DNA of 64,000 nucleotides from Epithemia pelagica. Lineage: Eukaryota > Protista > Bacillariophyta. The stretch covers positions 1,860,001 through 1,924,000 of the forward strand of contig OX337239.1 of assembly GCA_946965045.2 (NCBI GenBank), in the 5' to 3' direction. A program made the position numbers and the translations under genes. A model generated the notes under the pieces. It had not been told where the DNA came from, searched no databases, and saw only the letters and a list, made by a program, of their open reading frames with translations. This document shows, piece by piece, positions 11,747 through 23,126 of the stretch. Position 1 is the first letter of the stretch, and each line of letters starts with the position of its first letter.

Positions 11747-14218
11747 ATGATTGCAGCAGGAGCAGACCACTCGAACGGCATGAGCCGACGAAAACCTAGA
11801 GGATTGGGGACATTCCGTCGGTCGTGGGCTTCTTCATTGTTCTTGTCCTCACGACGACACCCAAGATCCTCCATGTTTGTGTCGTGGTTGTCCCCTCTCG
11901 GTATCCTTCCCATGGCCTTGGCCTGGTCGTCCCATCATCCTTCGACCATGTTTGCAGCAGCATGGACATCCTCGTTGTCGTCGTCATCATCATCATCATT
12001 GAGGCAACAGCAAGGGTCGTTCTCTTCGCCATCTGGGATTCAGTCATTCTCATCGTTGAAAACCAATACTCCACCGTCACATGCATTCCGTTTTCGCCGT
12101 TTGACAACAACAACAACAACAACAACAACAACCACAAACCCAGCTGGACCGTTGTGGTCCGCCAAAGCCAGTGTCAATGATAATATCAAGTCACAACGCG
12201 ATACGTCGGAGTCCAAAATTGTCGCCAAGGGCGTGGTGGTGTCGCAATTCGCCAGTGTCACAGCCGTCCGACTCTTGGACGATGTAATGACGACCTCCGA
12301 CAACAACAAGAACAACCCCACGACGTCCACGACGTCCAAACCAACATCCTCCTCCTCGTCATCAACAACAACCACCCCCAAAACAACCTCGACCAAATCC
12401 ACTGCCGCAACGACCGGAGGAGACGATTATCAAGGACGACTGGTAGAATTTCCCACTTCCAGCAGTGAAAGTGAAACCTCATCATCCCTCGGTGTGGTTG
12501 TGGCCCATCGTCCTCCGATTGTCTTTGTCCAGGCCTTGCCGGATGACAGTAAGAGCATTCGCAACACCCTACCAAAGGAGAGTGACGACAAGAATCATGT
12601 CCTCCTCTGGAATACCCGGCTACAAATACCCGTGGACACTATGGGCCAAAATAATCTGTTTGATTGTATAGGAAATCCGATTTCCATGGATGAAACGGAT
12701 GCTGCTAGTACCGAACCAACAGAACAAGAACCACGACAACGAGCGGTGTTTGCTCCCATTCCTCAAGTCAAAGATATTGCCTTGATCAATGTTCCCATGC
12801 TGACAGGAACGACCATGATTGATGCCTTGTCTCCCTTGGGACGAGGACAAAACATGTTGTGGGTCGGACACAATGTCACTGATATGCGCACCTATGTCAT
12901 GGACTGTTTGGCACAACAATTGCAACCACCACAAACTGAGGAGGAGGATTCCCAACCACCAATCCAATGTATCTATGCCGCGCTGGACGAGTCATTACAA
13001 GTCCAAGAATTGCTACAAACAGTCGACATTCGAGACAAGGTACGCGTGGTGGTACCCAATATGAACCCTGATAACAATGGGGATGATACTGACAATGAGA
13101 AAGATGATGAAATGAGCCGCGCCGCCAAGGCGGTCTTGACGGCTGCCACATCGTGTGCCATGGCCGAATCCTTGGCATTGGAGGAGGGCGCCCATACCAT
13201 TGTGGTGATTGATACCTTGGATTGGCACAAGCGATTGTGGGATGGTACAACACGTGTGTTGGTCCAGGAATTTGGTATTGATGCCGTGGTCAAGGGCGAT
13301 CGCGAAGGAGGTGCATCCTCGGAAATGCGAGCCTTTTTTGCCACTCTCATTCAACGCGCGGCCCAATTCAATGCCGCTCGAGGAGGCGGGAGTCTCACCT
13401 TGGTCCTCTTGACTCAAATACCAGAATTGGACATGGCATCCGAAAGTGACAATGAGGGAGAGGATACCGACGCCGTGTTTCAAGAATCGGATTTTGAAAA
13501 TTCCAGTCCGGCCATTCAAGAACGCATCAAGGTTTTGACCCAACGAAAGATTCCTCTAACAACCGACAATTTGCGCAAAATTAACATTCCCATTCCCTCG
13601 GCGGTCGAAGGGAAACGACGATTAATCTTGCAGCACGTTGATGACTTGATTAGCATGTCGGATGGACAATTGTGGTTTGACGAGCGATTGGAAAAAGTAC
13701 CGACGTCTGCTGTGTTGGGACAAGGTGTTGGTCGTCGACAGTGTCCACCTCTGGATCCACAACGAAGTTTTACCCGTGTCGGAATTGGTGCCGACACAGA
13801 ATCACGGGCCGATGCACCGGCACTGCGGCGATGCAATTTAGAAGGGCTCCGTCTCATCTTGTCACAGGCCGCCGCTATGGATGGTGCCGAAGTGACCTCC
13901 GCCACACGCAAACAAGTCCAAAAGCAACAAGCTCTCTTGTTGGCCATGCATCAAGTTGCCGGTGGTGGTGGCCGGTCCTTGGCGGAATCTTGTGCTGTTC
14001 TATTGGCAGCAGCCGAAGGATTCTTGAATGAGGACCTGGATAGTGTTGGCACATTGGAAGAACAACAACATGACATGGTCAGTGGACTTTTGCAACATTT
14101 GAAAACAACCAATTCCGACGTGATGAGTCAAATCAACCAAAGTCTCGACATGACCACAGAACAGAAAGAAAATTTGATCAACAGTATCCAAGAGTATGTA
14201 AAAGTCAACGATTGCTGA
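11747..14218 (+). CDS. Nuclear-encoded F1 ATP synthase alpha-like protein lacking the Walker A GKT, with probable organellar presequence
   Basis: Matches F1-alpha blocks: PMLTGTTMIDALSPLGRGQNMLWVG, CIYAAL, AMAE...IVVIDTL, LIQRAAQ...GGGSLT, DDLISMSDGQLW, FTRVG; Walker A GDRQTGKT replaced by GHNVTDMR; Ser/Thr-rich N-terminal extension; start ATG 11747 or 11873. Confidence 0.75.
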   Translation: MIAAGADHSNGMSRRKPRGLGTFRRSWASSLFLSSRRHPRSSMFVSWLSPLGILPMALAWSSHHPSTMFAAAWTSSLSSSSSSSLRQQQGSFSSPSGIQSFSSLKTNTPPSHAFRFRRLTTTTTTTTTTTNPAGPLWSAKASVNDNIKSQRDTSESKIVAKGVVVSQFASVTAVRLLDDVMTTSDNNKNNPTTSTTSKPTSSSSSSTTTTPKTTSTKSTAATTGGDDYQGRLVEFPTSSSESETSSSLGVVVAHRPPIVFVQALPDDSKSIRNTLPKESDDKNHVLLWNTRLQIPVDTMGQNNLFDCIGNPISMDETDAASTEPTEQEPRQRAVFAPIPQVKDIALINVPMLTGTTMIDALSPLGRGQNMLWVGHNVTDMRTYVMDCLAQQLQPPQTEEEDSQPPIQCIYAALDESLQVQELLQTVDIRDKVRVVVPNMNPDNNGDDTDNEKDDEMSRAAKAVLTAATSCAMAESLALEEGAHTIVVIDTLDWHKRLWDGTTRVLVQEFGIDAVVKGDREGGASSEMRAFFATLIQRAAQFNAARGGGSLTLVLLTQIPELDMASESDNEGEDTDAVFQESDFENSSPAIQERIKVLTQRKIPLTTDNLRKINIPIPSAVEGKRRLILQHVDDLISMSDGQLWFDERLEKVPTSAVLGQGVGRRQCPPLDPQRSFTRVGIGADTESRADAPALRRCNLEGLRLILSQAAAMDGAEVTSATRKQVQKQQALLLAMHQVAGGGGRSLAESCAVLLAAAEGFLNEDLDSVGTLEEQQHDMVSGLLQHLKTTNSDVMSQINQSLDMTTEQKENLINSIQEYVKVNDC

Positions 14219-14911
14219 CAGTGTGACTAAAAGAGATTTTGCAGACTATGATGCACGGTACGGTGCTGTGTGTAAAACAACTCTGCAGACTAGTCAACGA
14301 CTTGCTCTGCAATCCATTCCGGACAAACGACAGGCCTATATAAAATCATCTATCATGTCTCTGATAATGGTTCCGGGAGCGCAAAAGATTAGTGAACAAC
14401 GATTTTAGACAGTCAGTGAGATTCAGAATCTAGGTAATCGAAGCGTATGTCCATCAACTACACAAGATGAAGATTAGAGTAAAGTTCTATGGCGTGCACT
14501 ATGGGAAAGTTCCCGATGCTTCGACCACCAGTCCAAAGTATTGACGATTATGTATCGCTTCAGACGTCCCAAATTCATTCATAGGAGCATGAGTCAACTT
14601 TCATAGGTTGCAGCACAACGAGGTGACCACAGAGCGGCTGTTTCGTCATTGGAATGCTGCCTAAGTAGGCAATATTCCGTCTCATCAGAAAAAGTCGCTC
14701 CCTCAAAGGGAGTTCATGGCGTAATGCCCAACACTGAAATTCATTGCCTTCTTCATATACAATCATCCGACTTCACCAGTCCCCTTTAGAAAAGCAAGAC
14801 ACGAAGATTCGTCCTAGTAGGTTGCATTGAAGCCTTGAGTGTTTACTCATTCCTTACGTCATCGCTTTACGCGTTATGTTATCGCTTGTCCCAAGAAGTA
14901 TCCTTTGCTTC

Positions 14912-16182
14912 TCACTCATCGATACCAGTCGATAAAGTCACAGTCTTGGGAACGGATTGAACGATTGTGGCTCCCGAAAATCCGGCATCGGCCACGGCTT
15001 GAAGGAGTGAAGAATACGAGTTCAACGTAGTCGTATTCGAGGTTGACGACATTTCTGGTAACCATTGTACAGTGGCACTCCCACCTTGTTTCGCACCCGT
15101 GGTGTACAACTGTGCTTGCGCTGTGACGACACCCGGTACTTTTCGCAAGGCGCCATGAACGGCATGAATACATGCAACACAGCCCATTCCAGGAATTTCC
15201 ACAGTGACTTCATTTACTTGGACGACCTATTTTCCTGTGCGAATGGCTTCTGGCCATTACCATCTGAACTGAGGTGTTCCATGGTCTCTTTTTGTGGCTG
15301 TTCTTGTTTCAACAGACTGGTATTCATCACATGCCTTTGGTTGCACCAATCCAAAGCCTCGGGCAACATGGCGACACTGATACGTGCTGCATAGGCCAAG
15401 AACCATTGCCAGAATGATGACGAGTGCAATTTTTGTTGGGCACCTGTCACAACCAAAAGGGCCATGAAATGTGGACGCATGGGGCCCAAGACCTTGTTCC
15501 AGCCGGCACAACCAATGGCAAGGACATTGAGTGCCAACTGGATCAAACAACATGCCGATGCCACAAGGGGTACCACCAAATTGTTCCAAATAGACCATCC
15601 GACAACCGCAGTATTGTGACAATTGGTGGTAGTAACAAAGCCTTCCGTCAAAGACTTGGTTCCAGCAATCCAGGCGAGGAATCGTGGCACAATGACGAGA
15701 ATGGCGGTGGTACAAGCAAACTTGTTCCTCATATGGGGTGACCAAAGCAAGTGATAGGCATCCGTTTCTTTGTCATTGTGACCTCCACGATAGTTGTAAG
15801 GGAAACGTGATAAAGAAGTATGTCTTCGATCAAGCGTGTTGGTCATCTTTTGGTTTGGTCGCAGGAATAGCTTGCCGACTCGTTTCTTGAGGAAACGTGG
15901 CCCGGCAAGAAGACCTGTTTTTGACATTCCTTCCGTAGTCGCGACAACATCAGTGCTTTGATTTGGATTCTCAGTCTCCGGAATTGATGATGAGCAACAA
16001 GTATCTGCTGGTTGCACAGATTCAGGATCTTCTTGTGATTCTGCCAAATATCTTTGGCAAGAAAATCTAGATATCGAACATAATGATAAGGAAGTACATT
16101 GCTGGAACGTAAATGTTTCTGCGGGGGAAAAGACTGTATACGCGAGCAGCGACATAGCCCTCATCATGTCGATTCGTCTCAT
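14912..16182 (-). CDS. MerT-like membrane domain fused to heavy-metal-associated (HMA) domain; junction by intron (15330-15227) or 1-nt frameshift
   Basis: ORF 16182-15214 has signal peptide (SPAETF) and TM segment LVVPLVASACCLIQLALN...GCAG...LGPMRP; adjacent frame gives EIPGMGCVACIHAVHGALRKVPGV (GMxCxxC HMA motif). A phase-0 GT..AG of 104 nt joins them in frame. Confidence 0.7.
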
Positions 16183-16965
16183 CGTCTACTTGTACATGGA
16201 TCTCTTGTGGATTTTCTCCATCGAAATCACCATGGGTCGCTTATAAGACGCATTTGAGTCAGTAGATATAAGTCTACCTACCTAGCACCCGTGAGCTTAT
16301 TAGACTATGGTTTTTTACCTACCTAGCACCACAACTCTCTACCTAGCCTTGTTTGTCCACTCTCCAAAGCTTTGACGTCGAGATGTCTTGATCCAATGTG
16401 AAAACTAAATGCCCTCGTTGACCTCAATTGATCGTTTCCCATCATTTCCGGGTGGACAACCACACGGGTGAGCGCTTTCTTGGATAGTCTGCCGCGGTCC
16501 GAGAAACCTGGAATGATTGCAATGTTCATTCATGGACCAAAGAATGTGTTCTGGCCAAAGTTTCGTCAGGTCTGTGTTCAGCATTGGGTTTTGGAAGTAA
16601 GGCCCTCGGTGGACCTCACGTTGTTCGGCGCATCAAGACACAAACGAAAAGCTATTCGAGAAATCCTGTTACTTGAAACAAAACTACCCGTTCTTGAATG
16701 CTACACATGTAATGATGTAGAAGCAGAGATCTCCATCCGCAATGAGAAATTAGGTTGTTCTTTGTCTACATACTTTAAATTATTTCGGGTAGCACTATTC
16801 TTTGCGACAAATATCATGTTTATCGAGGAAGTCAATCGTATCTCTGTGGTCGATACGCCATGGACAGGCAACCTTCACGGAACCACACAAGGCATTACAA
16901 ATACAAAAAAGGAAACAATTTCGGAAGCATGATTCTTCGACACTGTTTCCATTGTCTGTTTTCTT

Positions 16966-19359
16966 TTAGGAACGTAGGAACCGTGGACGTCCATCGCCTC
17001 GTCGTTCCACATTAAGTGCAAATCCCGAGGACGGTTCGTCGTCGTTATCAAGTTTATTGTTCAAACGAGGTGGCAAGTATCCACTCGAGTCACGCAAATG
17101 GCTCCCTTGACTGCCCGTTCCCATGAGATACCGAGAACTGGCCCGGGAAGTTTCTTCGGCTTGCAAAAAGCGGGTGGATCCGCATTGATTCATCGGTTCC
17201 ACCAAGATGCGTGTAGACGATCGTCGTCGAACACTGCTTCGACTGCTACGACGGCCACTGCTATTGTTGCTGCTGCTCATGCGACTGCTACGACGGCCAC
17301 TGCTATTGTTGCTGTGGCTCATGCGGCTGCGACGATAACTACTACGAGTGCTGCTGCTAAAATCTTGTGGCTCGTATTCTTCTGGTTTCAATTCCATATC
17401 AGGCTTTTGGGCTGCCGCCCGATCTTCGGGAGTTCCGACATGCATTTCGTCGGGTTGAAACCCGGCGCAGCGTCGATGCATAGCGGCCAAGACCCATGCG
17501 CCGGAGCAAATCCCCGAGGCTTCCAATCCCAAACAGACATTAATGAGAATATACACCATGGGGTTGGACAAGAAAACAACTGGAAAGGTCGCCCCCAACA
17601 ATTTCCACGAAATGGATCCAATCAATGTGACAATAATAGCCCCCAACAAACCCGTGTTGAAGAATTCTTGCAATCCCTTGGGAACACCCCAAATGTTCTC
17701 GGAATTCTCGTCGTCCGTGTCGACATTGACGGTAGTGATGCGGGCAATCAAAAAGGTCAAGAGCGTGACCATGATTTGTCGTCCAATCATGAATCGCGGA
17801 ATGTTGTGACCTTGGTTGTGAACCAACAGAATTTGAATGCATTTCATGACTGTGGATGGATACTTGGCCAATTGTTCCATGGGCAATCGAGAAACGGCAA
17901 AGACGGCAATTTGGGTGCCTTCCAAAATACCCAAGATAATCATGAGACCAAAAAACAAGACAACCGACACGGCAACGGGTATGCCACTCCACATGTTGGT
18001 CTTTTCTTGAAACAATGCCGTCAACGTAACTGCCAAGGAAAAGCACAACAAAACGACAGAGAATACGACTCGAGCGTAGAATCCAATCTTGTCCCTGGTG
18101 GATTCCTCTTCTTCCTCCTCATCGATACCAGGGAAAATGATATTTTCGTCTCCCTCTTCTTCTTCGTCCACCTTTTCCGTATCATCTTTGTCGGCATCGG
18201 TGTAATTCTCCAATTCTTCGACTGTTCCTCCTCCCTTTTCTTCGTCCGTTCCTTCTTGGGCGGTGGTTTCTTCTGCATTGCTACCGGCAAACCAAGCAAA
18301 GGCGGCTTGCAACAAATAAGCCGCATGCATGGTCCCCGAGGCTTCCAATGCCAACGAGACTCGGACGGTAAAGAGCATGGCCCGTGTGTTGATATAATCC
18401 AACATGCATTGAGAGGCATTGACTTGAGAATGCAATTGTCCCATCATGGCCGTGACCAAAATAATGGCCAAACTCGAACGCACAAAGACCTCCAAAACAA
18501 TGACGGGCCAATCCCAAATTTCGGCCGATCCATCGACGGGTGCTCCACACTGGTTGGTCACAAAGACGAGCAAAATGACGAGAAACTGACGTCCAATCAA
18601 GTAACGATCCAAATTGTTCCCCTCATCCAAGATGCTCGTGCAATGATAGGCAATGGGATGAGATGGTTGATACAAGGACGAGTCTACCGGAACCAATCCA
18701 ACCAAGGCACCCTGGCCTCCTTCGACCAAACTCAACCAAGCAATGGCCACCCACACCACGGTCAATGCCAAGGCGGAATGAATGTCTTGCGAAATGGACG
18801 TTTGTTCTTGCAAAATCATGGCCACCACCACGACAATTGAAAACAACAAGAGAATGGTGGAATAGGTGTATTGAAACAGAGTCCACGCACTCAGTTTCTT
18901 GTCGTCGGTCACCAAGGGCGAGGGGGGAGGTTCATTATCATTCGATGCCGTGGAACCATAATTTGAGGATACCTTGTTCCTGTGGTCTTCTGGCACCACA
19001 AGAACCACCGAAGGAGCCCTCCTGGATGACGATTCACTATGGTCCATCATCTTCTTGCTGGGAGACTTGTCTTGGTCGTCGTCGCTCGCCGATAAGGATT
19101 TGGAGGATGTGGACTGCGTCAAGGCAATGGCAAGGGCCGGTCTCGTAGTTGTTGTGGTCGTTACTTGCGGTGATGTGGTCGTCAACTCTGTGGCACTGGT
19201 GAGTTTGTCGTCGTCCTTGGTCTCGTCCACACTATCCGTTGTAGTAGTAGTGTCCTTCTCCTCCGTCGATGGAGACGTATGGTCCAATGTTTCGCGGTCT
19301 TCTTGGTTTTGGCTGCTGTCTGGATCGTTGGTGTTTGTTGTACTCGTGGTCGTCGTCAT
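16966..19359 (-). CDS. SIT: Silicon transporter with long N- and C-terminal extensions
   Basis: All four GXQ motifs (EGGQ, GRQ, EGTQ, GRQ), GQLHSQVNASQCMLDYIN with CMLD, about ten hydrophobic segments in two halves; first ATG at 19359. Confidence 0.93.
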   Translation of the reverse strand: MTTTTSTTNTNDPDSSQNQEDRETLDHTSPSTEEKDTTTTTDSVDETKDDDKLTSATELTTTSPQVTTTTTTRPALAIALTQSTSSKSLSASDDDQDKSPSKKMMDHSESSSRRAPSVVLVVPEDHRNKVSSNYGSTASNDNEPPPSPLVTDDKKLSAWTLFQYTYSTILLLFSIVVVVAMILQEQTSISQDIHSALALTVVWVAIAWLSLVEGGQGALVGLVPVDSSLYQPSHPIAYHCTSILDEGNNLDRYLIGRQFLVILLVFVTNQCGAPVDGSAEIWDWPVIVLEVFVRSSLAIILVTAMMGQLHSQVNASQCMLDYINTRAMLFTVRVSLALEASGTMHAAYLLQAAFAWFAGSNAEETTAQEGTDEEKGGGTVEELENYTDADKDDTEKVDEEEEGDENIIFPGIDEEEEEESTRDKIGFYARVVFSVVLLCFSLAVTLTALFQEKTNMWSGIPVAVSVVLFFGLMIILGILEGTQIAVFAVSRLPMEQLAKYPSTVMKCIQILLVHNQGHNIPRFMIGRQIMVTLLTFLIARITTVNVDTDDENSENIWGVPKGLQEFFNTGLLGAIIVTLIGSISWKLLGATFPVVFLSNPMVYILINVCLGLEASGICSGAWVLAAMHRRCAGFQPDEMHVGTPEDRAAAQKPDMELKPEEYEPQDFSSSTRSSYRRSRMSHSNNSSGRRSSRMSSSNNSSGRRSSRSSVRRRSSTRILVEPMNQCGSTRFLQAEETSRASSRYLMGTGSQGSHLRDSSGYLPPRLNNKLDNDDEPSSGFALNVERRGDGRPRFLRS
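17239..17322 (-). repeat. 42-bp in-frame tandem duplication in the SIT C-terminal tail
   Basis: Encodes MSHSNNSSGRRSSR / MSSSNNSSGRRSSR; boundaries approximate. Confidence 0.8.
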
Positions 19360-20787
19360 GCCATTAAGTGGGACAGTGTCGTATGTCAAACAACGTTTCT
19401 TCCTTAGGCGAGTGGACAAGAAAGGCAAGTGTCTTTGGTTGTATAGAATATCTTTTATCTATTTTTTTGTCGTTGAATACAGAGCGACAATATCCGTTGC
19501 TGTTGTGAATGAGCGTTCCAATAATAATAAAAGTATAGCAAGCAGGTCTGTTGGACACACTGTTCACACGTCTTTCCAATGGCATGCACGATCCGAACAA
19601 TACGCTGAGTGTCTATGAACTATGAATTCATCTCACCTTTTGCTTTCTCGGAGTCGTTTGAACCTTTTTCCCAAGAGTTGAGATGGGATCTTGGTTGGCT
19701 ACACTCGCTAGAGCTGCTATTTGTCGTTCTCCAACCGAAAAAGACACACGACTCGATCGTACCAAGCCCCAAGACATTTCGAAGAACGGGTAGCATTGGT
19801 AGCTTTTCGCTAGGCATACTAGGGTGAGGTTACTCCGGGAATCCCAAGTCTCCCAAGTCCTCTTTGTTGCTCTTGACTTTTTTGTCATGAGAATGCGAGA
19901 ACTGCCTACCAGTAGGGTCAAGATGCATGTCCTCGTAAAGCGAATCCACCGGTTTGCACCAGATACCTGCTGGACCGAAAAGACAACTGCGGCAGTGTTC
20001 TAAGAGTGCCTTTTGGCTTTTTTGCGGTTGAAGGTTGCTGCCATGACTTCTTGGACTCTTGTGATAAAGTAACGATAGCTTTACTACTTGACTCTTCTAG
20101 TAGAGAGGGGTAGGTAGAGCGATGTAAGATGTAACTCCATGTGGTGTGGTCTCACCTCTTCTTTACCACAACTTTCCTCCCAAGTGATGTTAGCGAAGGG
20201 ATGACGCCAGAACAAGTTGAATACACGACGAAAACTGGCTTCTGATTGCTGCATCCGGATCCGGTTGGAAGCGACCCACCAACGAATGCCAGCCGAAGAC
20301 GTCATTGCCATTGATTTCTTCTCGAGATCTTGTTGGTACAGAATCGCGCGCTTTGTCCTGGCCCTTGTCTTGTAAAAGATACATGGTTTTAGAGCGTAAG
20401 CGTCTGTCGTTCGATTGTTGCATGGAATAGCAGTCTCATAATATAATCCATTCTTCCATTGGAGGAAATACGGCAACAAAAGAGTTCATGACAAAATGGG
20501 TACAGCCAATAGTTCTAGGAGGAGAACTACTCCTAGGACCTAGGAGTGGATACCTCCTAGTAATTCAAAAAGCTATGAGTACTATATAGGTGTACTTTCT
20601 GCTCCGCCGATTTTGGTTGTTGCGAAGATGCTCTCCTTCGTTCGAACGGCAATCGTCGGGGAACCAATCGAACACTCGAGATAGAGCGGCAGAGTACGAT
20701 AGCAAACAGAAAGCGAGGTCAGCACCGTTGGAGACTCTCGCATCATTCGTTTCGTTGAGTTAAAGGTTGGACAGGGGAATATTCCGC

Positions 20788-22833
20788 ATGGTCCGACGAA
20801 ACACGACCGGTCGCTCGTCGGCCAACGCTACAGGATCCTCTTCGTCGTTGACACCTTCCTTCCTGTGGACGGCTGCGGCAGCACCGTTTGGATCCAATGA
20901 GACGGAGTCTGTGCCATTGACACAAACCGTGGACGATGAGGAGACGATCGATTTGGAAAATCCGCCACAACAAGAACCAGCCGAAGATCACGATGCTTTG
21001 GATCGAGAAATGCAACAAGAAGAACGAGTGTTTGAAGAGTTGGAAGAACAACACCATCAAGACGAAGACGATGACTCGACATGGACGTTGCGAATTAAAT
21101 GTCCGTACTTGTCGTCTCTTTCCTCGTCTTCCACCCCTGCGCAACAACAACAACAACAACATGAAGGCAGTGGCGAACGCGATTGGCAAATTCAAGTCCA
21201 CCCACACGAAACTGTAGGTCATGTCAAACAAGTGTTGATTCAAGTCATTGCCACAGCCTCGTCAACGAATAACAGCACCAACAACAAACCTATGCATTAT
21301 TATGTACGTTTGGTTTGCAAAGGTCGATTGTTGGCTCCGGATCAAGCCACCTTGCAGTCCTTACATGATCAAAAATTGGTACGATCGCACGATGTCGTTC
21401 ATGCCGTGGTTGTGGTTGCATCGCCACCGGATGTTGCGTCGTCGTCGTCGTCGCCGCAAACTCGTTCCAATCTTAACGCAGCCTCATCAACCTTGTCGCA
21501 ACACCGTCAGCAAAGTTGGAGTAGTAACATGGTGGGAGGTGTTCAAGCCGCCTTGCAACAGGGAGATTTGCAAGGTTTGACTCGTCGAGCCTTGAGGAGT
21601 GCAGGAATCAATACCAGCGGTGTGGCGGTCCGACGAAGTGCCATGGAACAAGAAGAAGATGATGACCATGACGAAGCCGAAGAAGAACTGGAATTCTTTT
21701 CTTCCGAAACGGACGAGTACGGAGACTTGGAAGATGTACCCTTGCTGGTCGACGATGAAGACAACACCGATGGAGATACGAGGAACAATACCAACCAACA
21801 AGCCATGGCTTTGTTGGCCAGTGCCCACATCGTACGGTCTGGTTCACGAACGGGTGCGTCCTCTCAAAGTGGCAGCAACAACGGCTCAACAACAACATCA
21901 CGGAACAGTACTACTCCATCCCACAATCGACGACGGGCTCTGTGGCTGCAACGACGGGGCTTTGATCGTCTACGAACTCTGGGGTTGCGACGAGGAGAAA
22001 TTGAAGCCATGCGAGCGTACTTTTCTCAACAAGTGGATCGCTTTGTTGCGGAACAGGGTGAACAGCAAACCAATAGTACAGAGCAAGGTGAAAATGATCC
22101 GCAGGCCCCTGAGGATCCCTTGTTTCGTCGCAGATTGCAAGAAGAAGCGTGGATGCAAGTGCAAGGACCCTTGTCAGAGTTTCGACTCAATCTGCCCGCG
22201 CACGATGCCGCGTCCTTGCAAGCTACCTTGGCCGTTTTGAATGTTTTGGGAAATTCAAACAACAATACCACTACCAATACGAATAATACCACAGCAACAA
22301 CAGGGGATTCCCCTCAAGCACAACAACTAGCGCGATTGGTTGATCGCCAGGCCCTGTTGTGGCGTGCGGCCGTCAATGCCTCAGCCGCTGGACAAGCCAC
22401 GGCCAATGCAAATAATACAGGCACAACAACGACCATGACCAACAACAACACGTCCAATGCTGGTCAGGATCGAGATTTTTGGTGCGGTTTCTTGCTGGGA
22501 TTCTTTGTCGGATTTGTCATGTTGATTTGGGTATGGATGCCGACCGTACCACATAAGCAAAAATTGGGGATCTTGGCAGGGATCACGGTTCAATTGGCCT
22601 TGGCCATGTTTCAGCCCTCTCCCCAACCTCAAGACAGCGACGGCAATGATGGGGAGGATACCTTGGGTAACAATCACCACTCCATGATGACGGGGCATTT
22701 CGCCAAACCATGGTTTCAAAGTCAAACGATTTGGAAGCAAAGTGGCTATGCCCATTTACTGGCATCCATGTCCGACCAAAATCCACATTCTGCCATGGCT
22801 CCCTTGGAAGATGATGACATTGTCTTGGGATGA
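20788..22833 (+). CDS. Dsc3-like (DUF2407) ubiquitin-like + membrane protein, DSC E3 ligase complex subunit
   Basis: UBL domain (WQIQVHPHETVGHVKQ...VRLVCKGRLL), RRGFDRLRTLGLRRGEIEAMR, RRLQEEAWM, DFWCGFLLGFFVGFVMLIWVW, KLGILAG. Confidence 0.75.
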   Translation: MVRRNTTGRSSANATGSSSSLTPSFLWTAAAAPFGSNETESVPLTQTVDDEETIDLENPPQQEPAEDHDALDREMQQEERVFEELEEQHHQDEDDDSTWTLRIKCPYLSSLSSSSTPAQQQQQQHEGSGERDWQIQVHPHETVGHVKQVLIQVIATASSTNNSTNNKPMHYYVRLVCKGRLLAPDQATLQSLHDQKLVRSHDVVHAVVVVASPPDVASSSSSPQTRSNLNAASSTLSQHRQQSWSSNMVGGVQAALQQGDLQGLTRRALRSAGINTSGVAVRRSAMEQEEDDDHDEAEEELEFFSSETDEYGDLEDVPLLVDDEDNTDGDTRNNTNQQAMALLASAHIVRSGSRTGASSQSGSNNGSTTTSRNSTTPSHNRRRALWLQRRGFDRLRTLGLRRGEIEAMRAYFSQQVDRFVAEQGEQQTNSTEQGENDPQAPEDPLFRRRLQEEAWMQVQGPLSEFRLNLPAHDAASLQATLAVLNVLGNSNNNTTTNTNNTTATTGDSPQAQQLARLVDRQALLWRAAVNASAAGQATANANNTGTTTTMTNNNTSNAGQDRDFWCGFLLGFFVGFVMLIWVWMPTVPHKQKLGILAGITVQLALAMFQPSPQPQDSDGNDGEDTLGNNHHSMMTGHFAKPWFQSQTIWKQSGYAHLLASMSDQNPHSAMAPLEDDDIVLG

Positions 22834-23126
22834 TTTAGGCACGGTTGCTGTCGTTGCTTGAAGTGTTTGGAAAACCTCAAGCAAAAAGTTCATAAGAATG
22901 TACTACCGATGGCCATGAATACAAAGATTGGGAAACAGAAATAGAATCCAAAGTTGCTAGATCGTTTTTACGTATAGCTCCGATGACAAGGGTAGGCAAC
23001 ATACAATATACTCCTATAATGCGGAGAAGTTTGAATCCCATGCAAAGAGTTTCACGTCAATTGCGGAATTGAAATCTAGCGCGTTGTCTTTTTGAAGGAA
23101 CAAACGACCAAAATCAATCAACAGGA

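Noticed and set aside
16468-16932. 154-aa ORF between the HMA gene and SIT
   Set aside because: No ATG at the called start, no recognisable motifs; intergenic chance ORF.
17098-18840. 580-aa + strand ORF
   Set aside because: Exact antisense shadow of the hydrophobic SIT CDS; no domain motifs.
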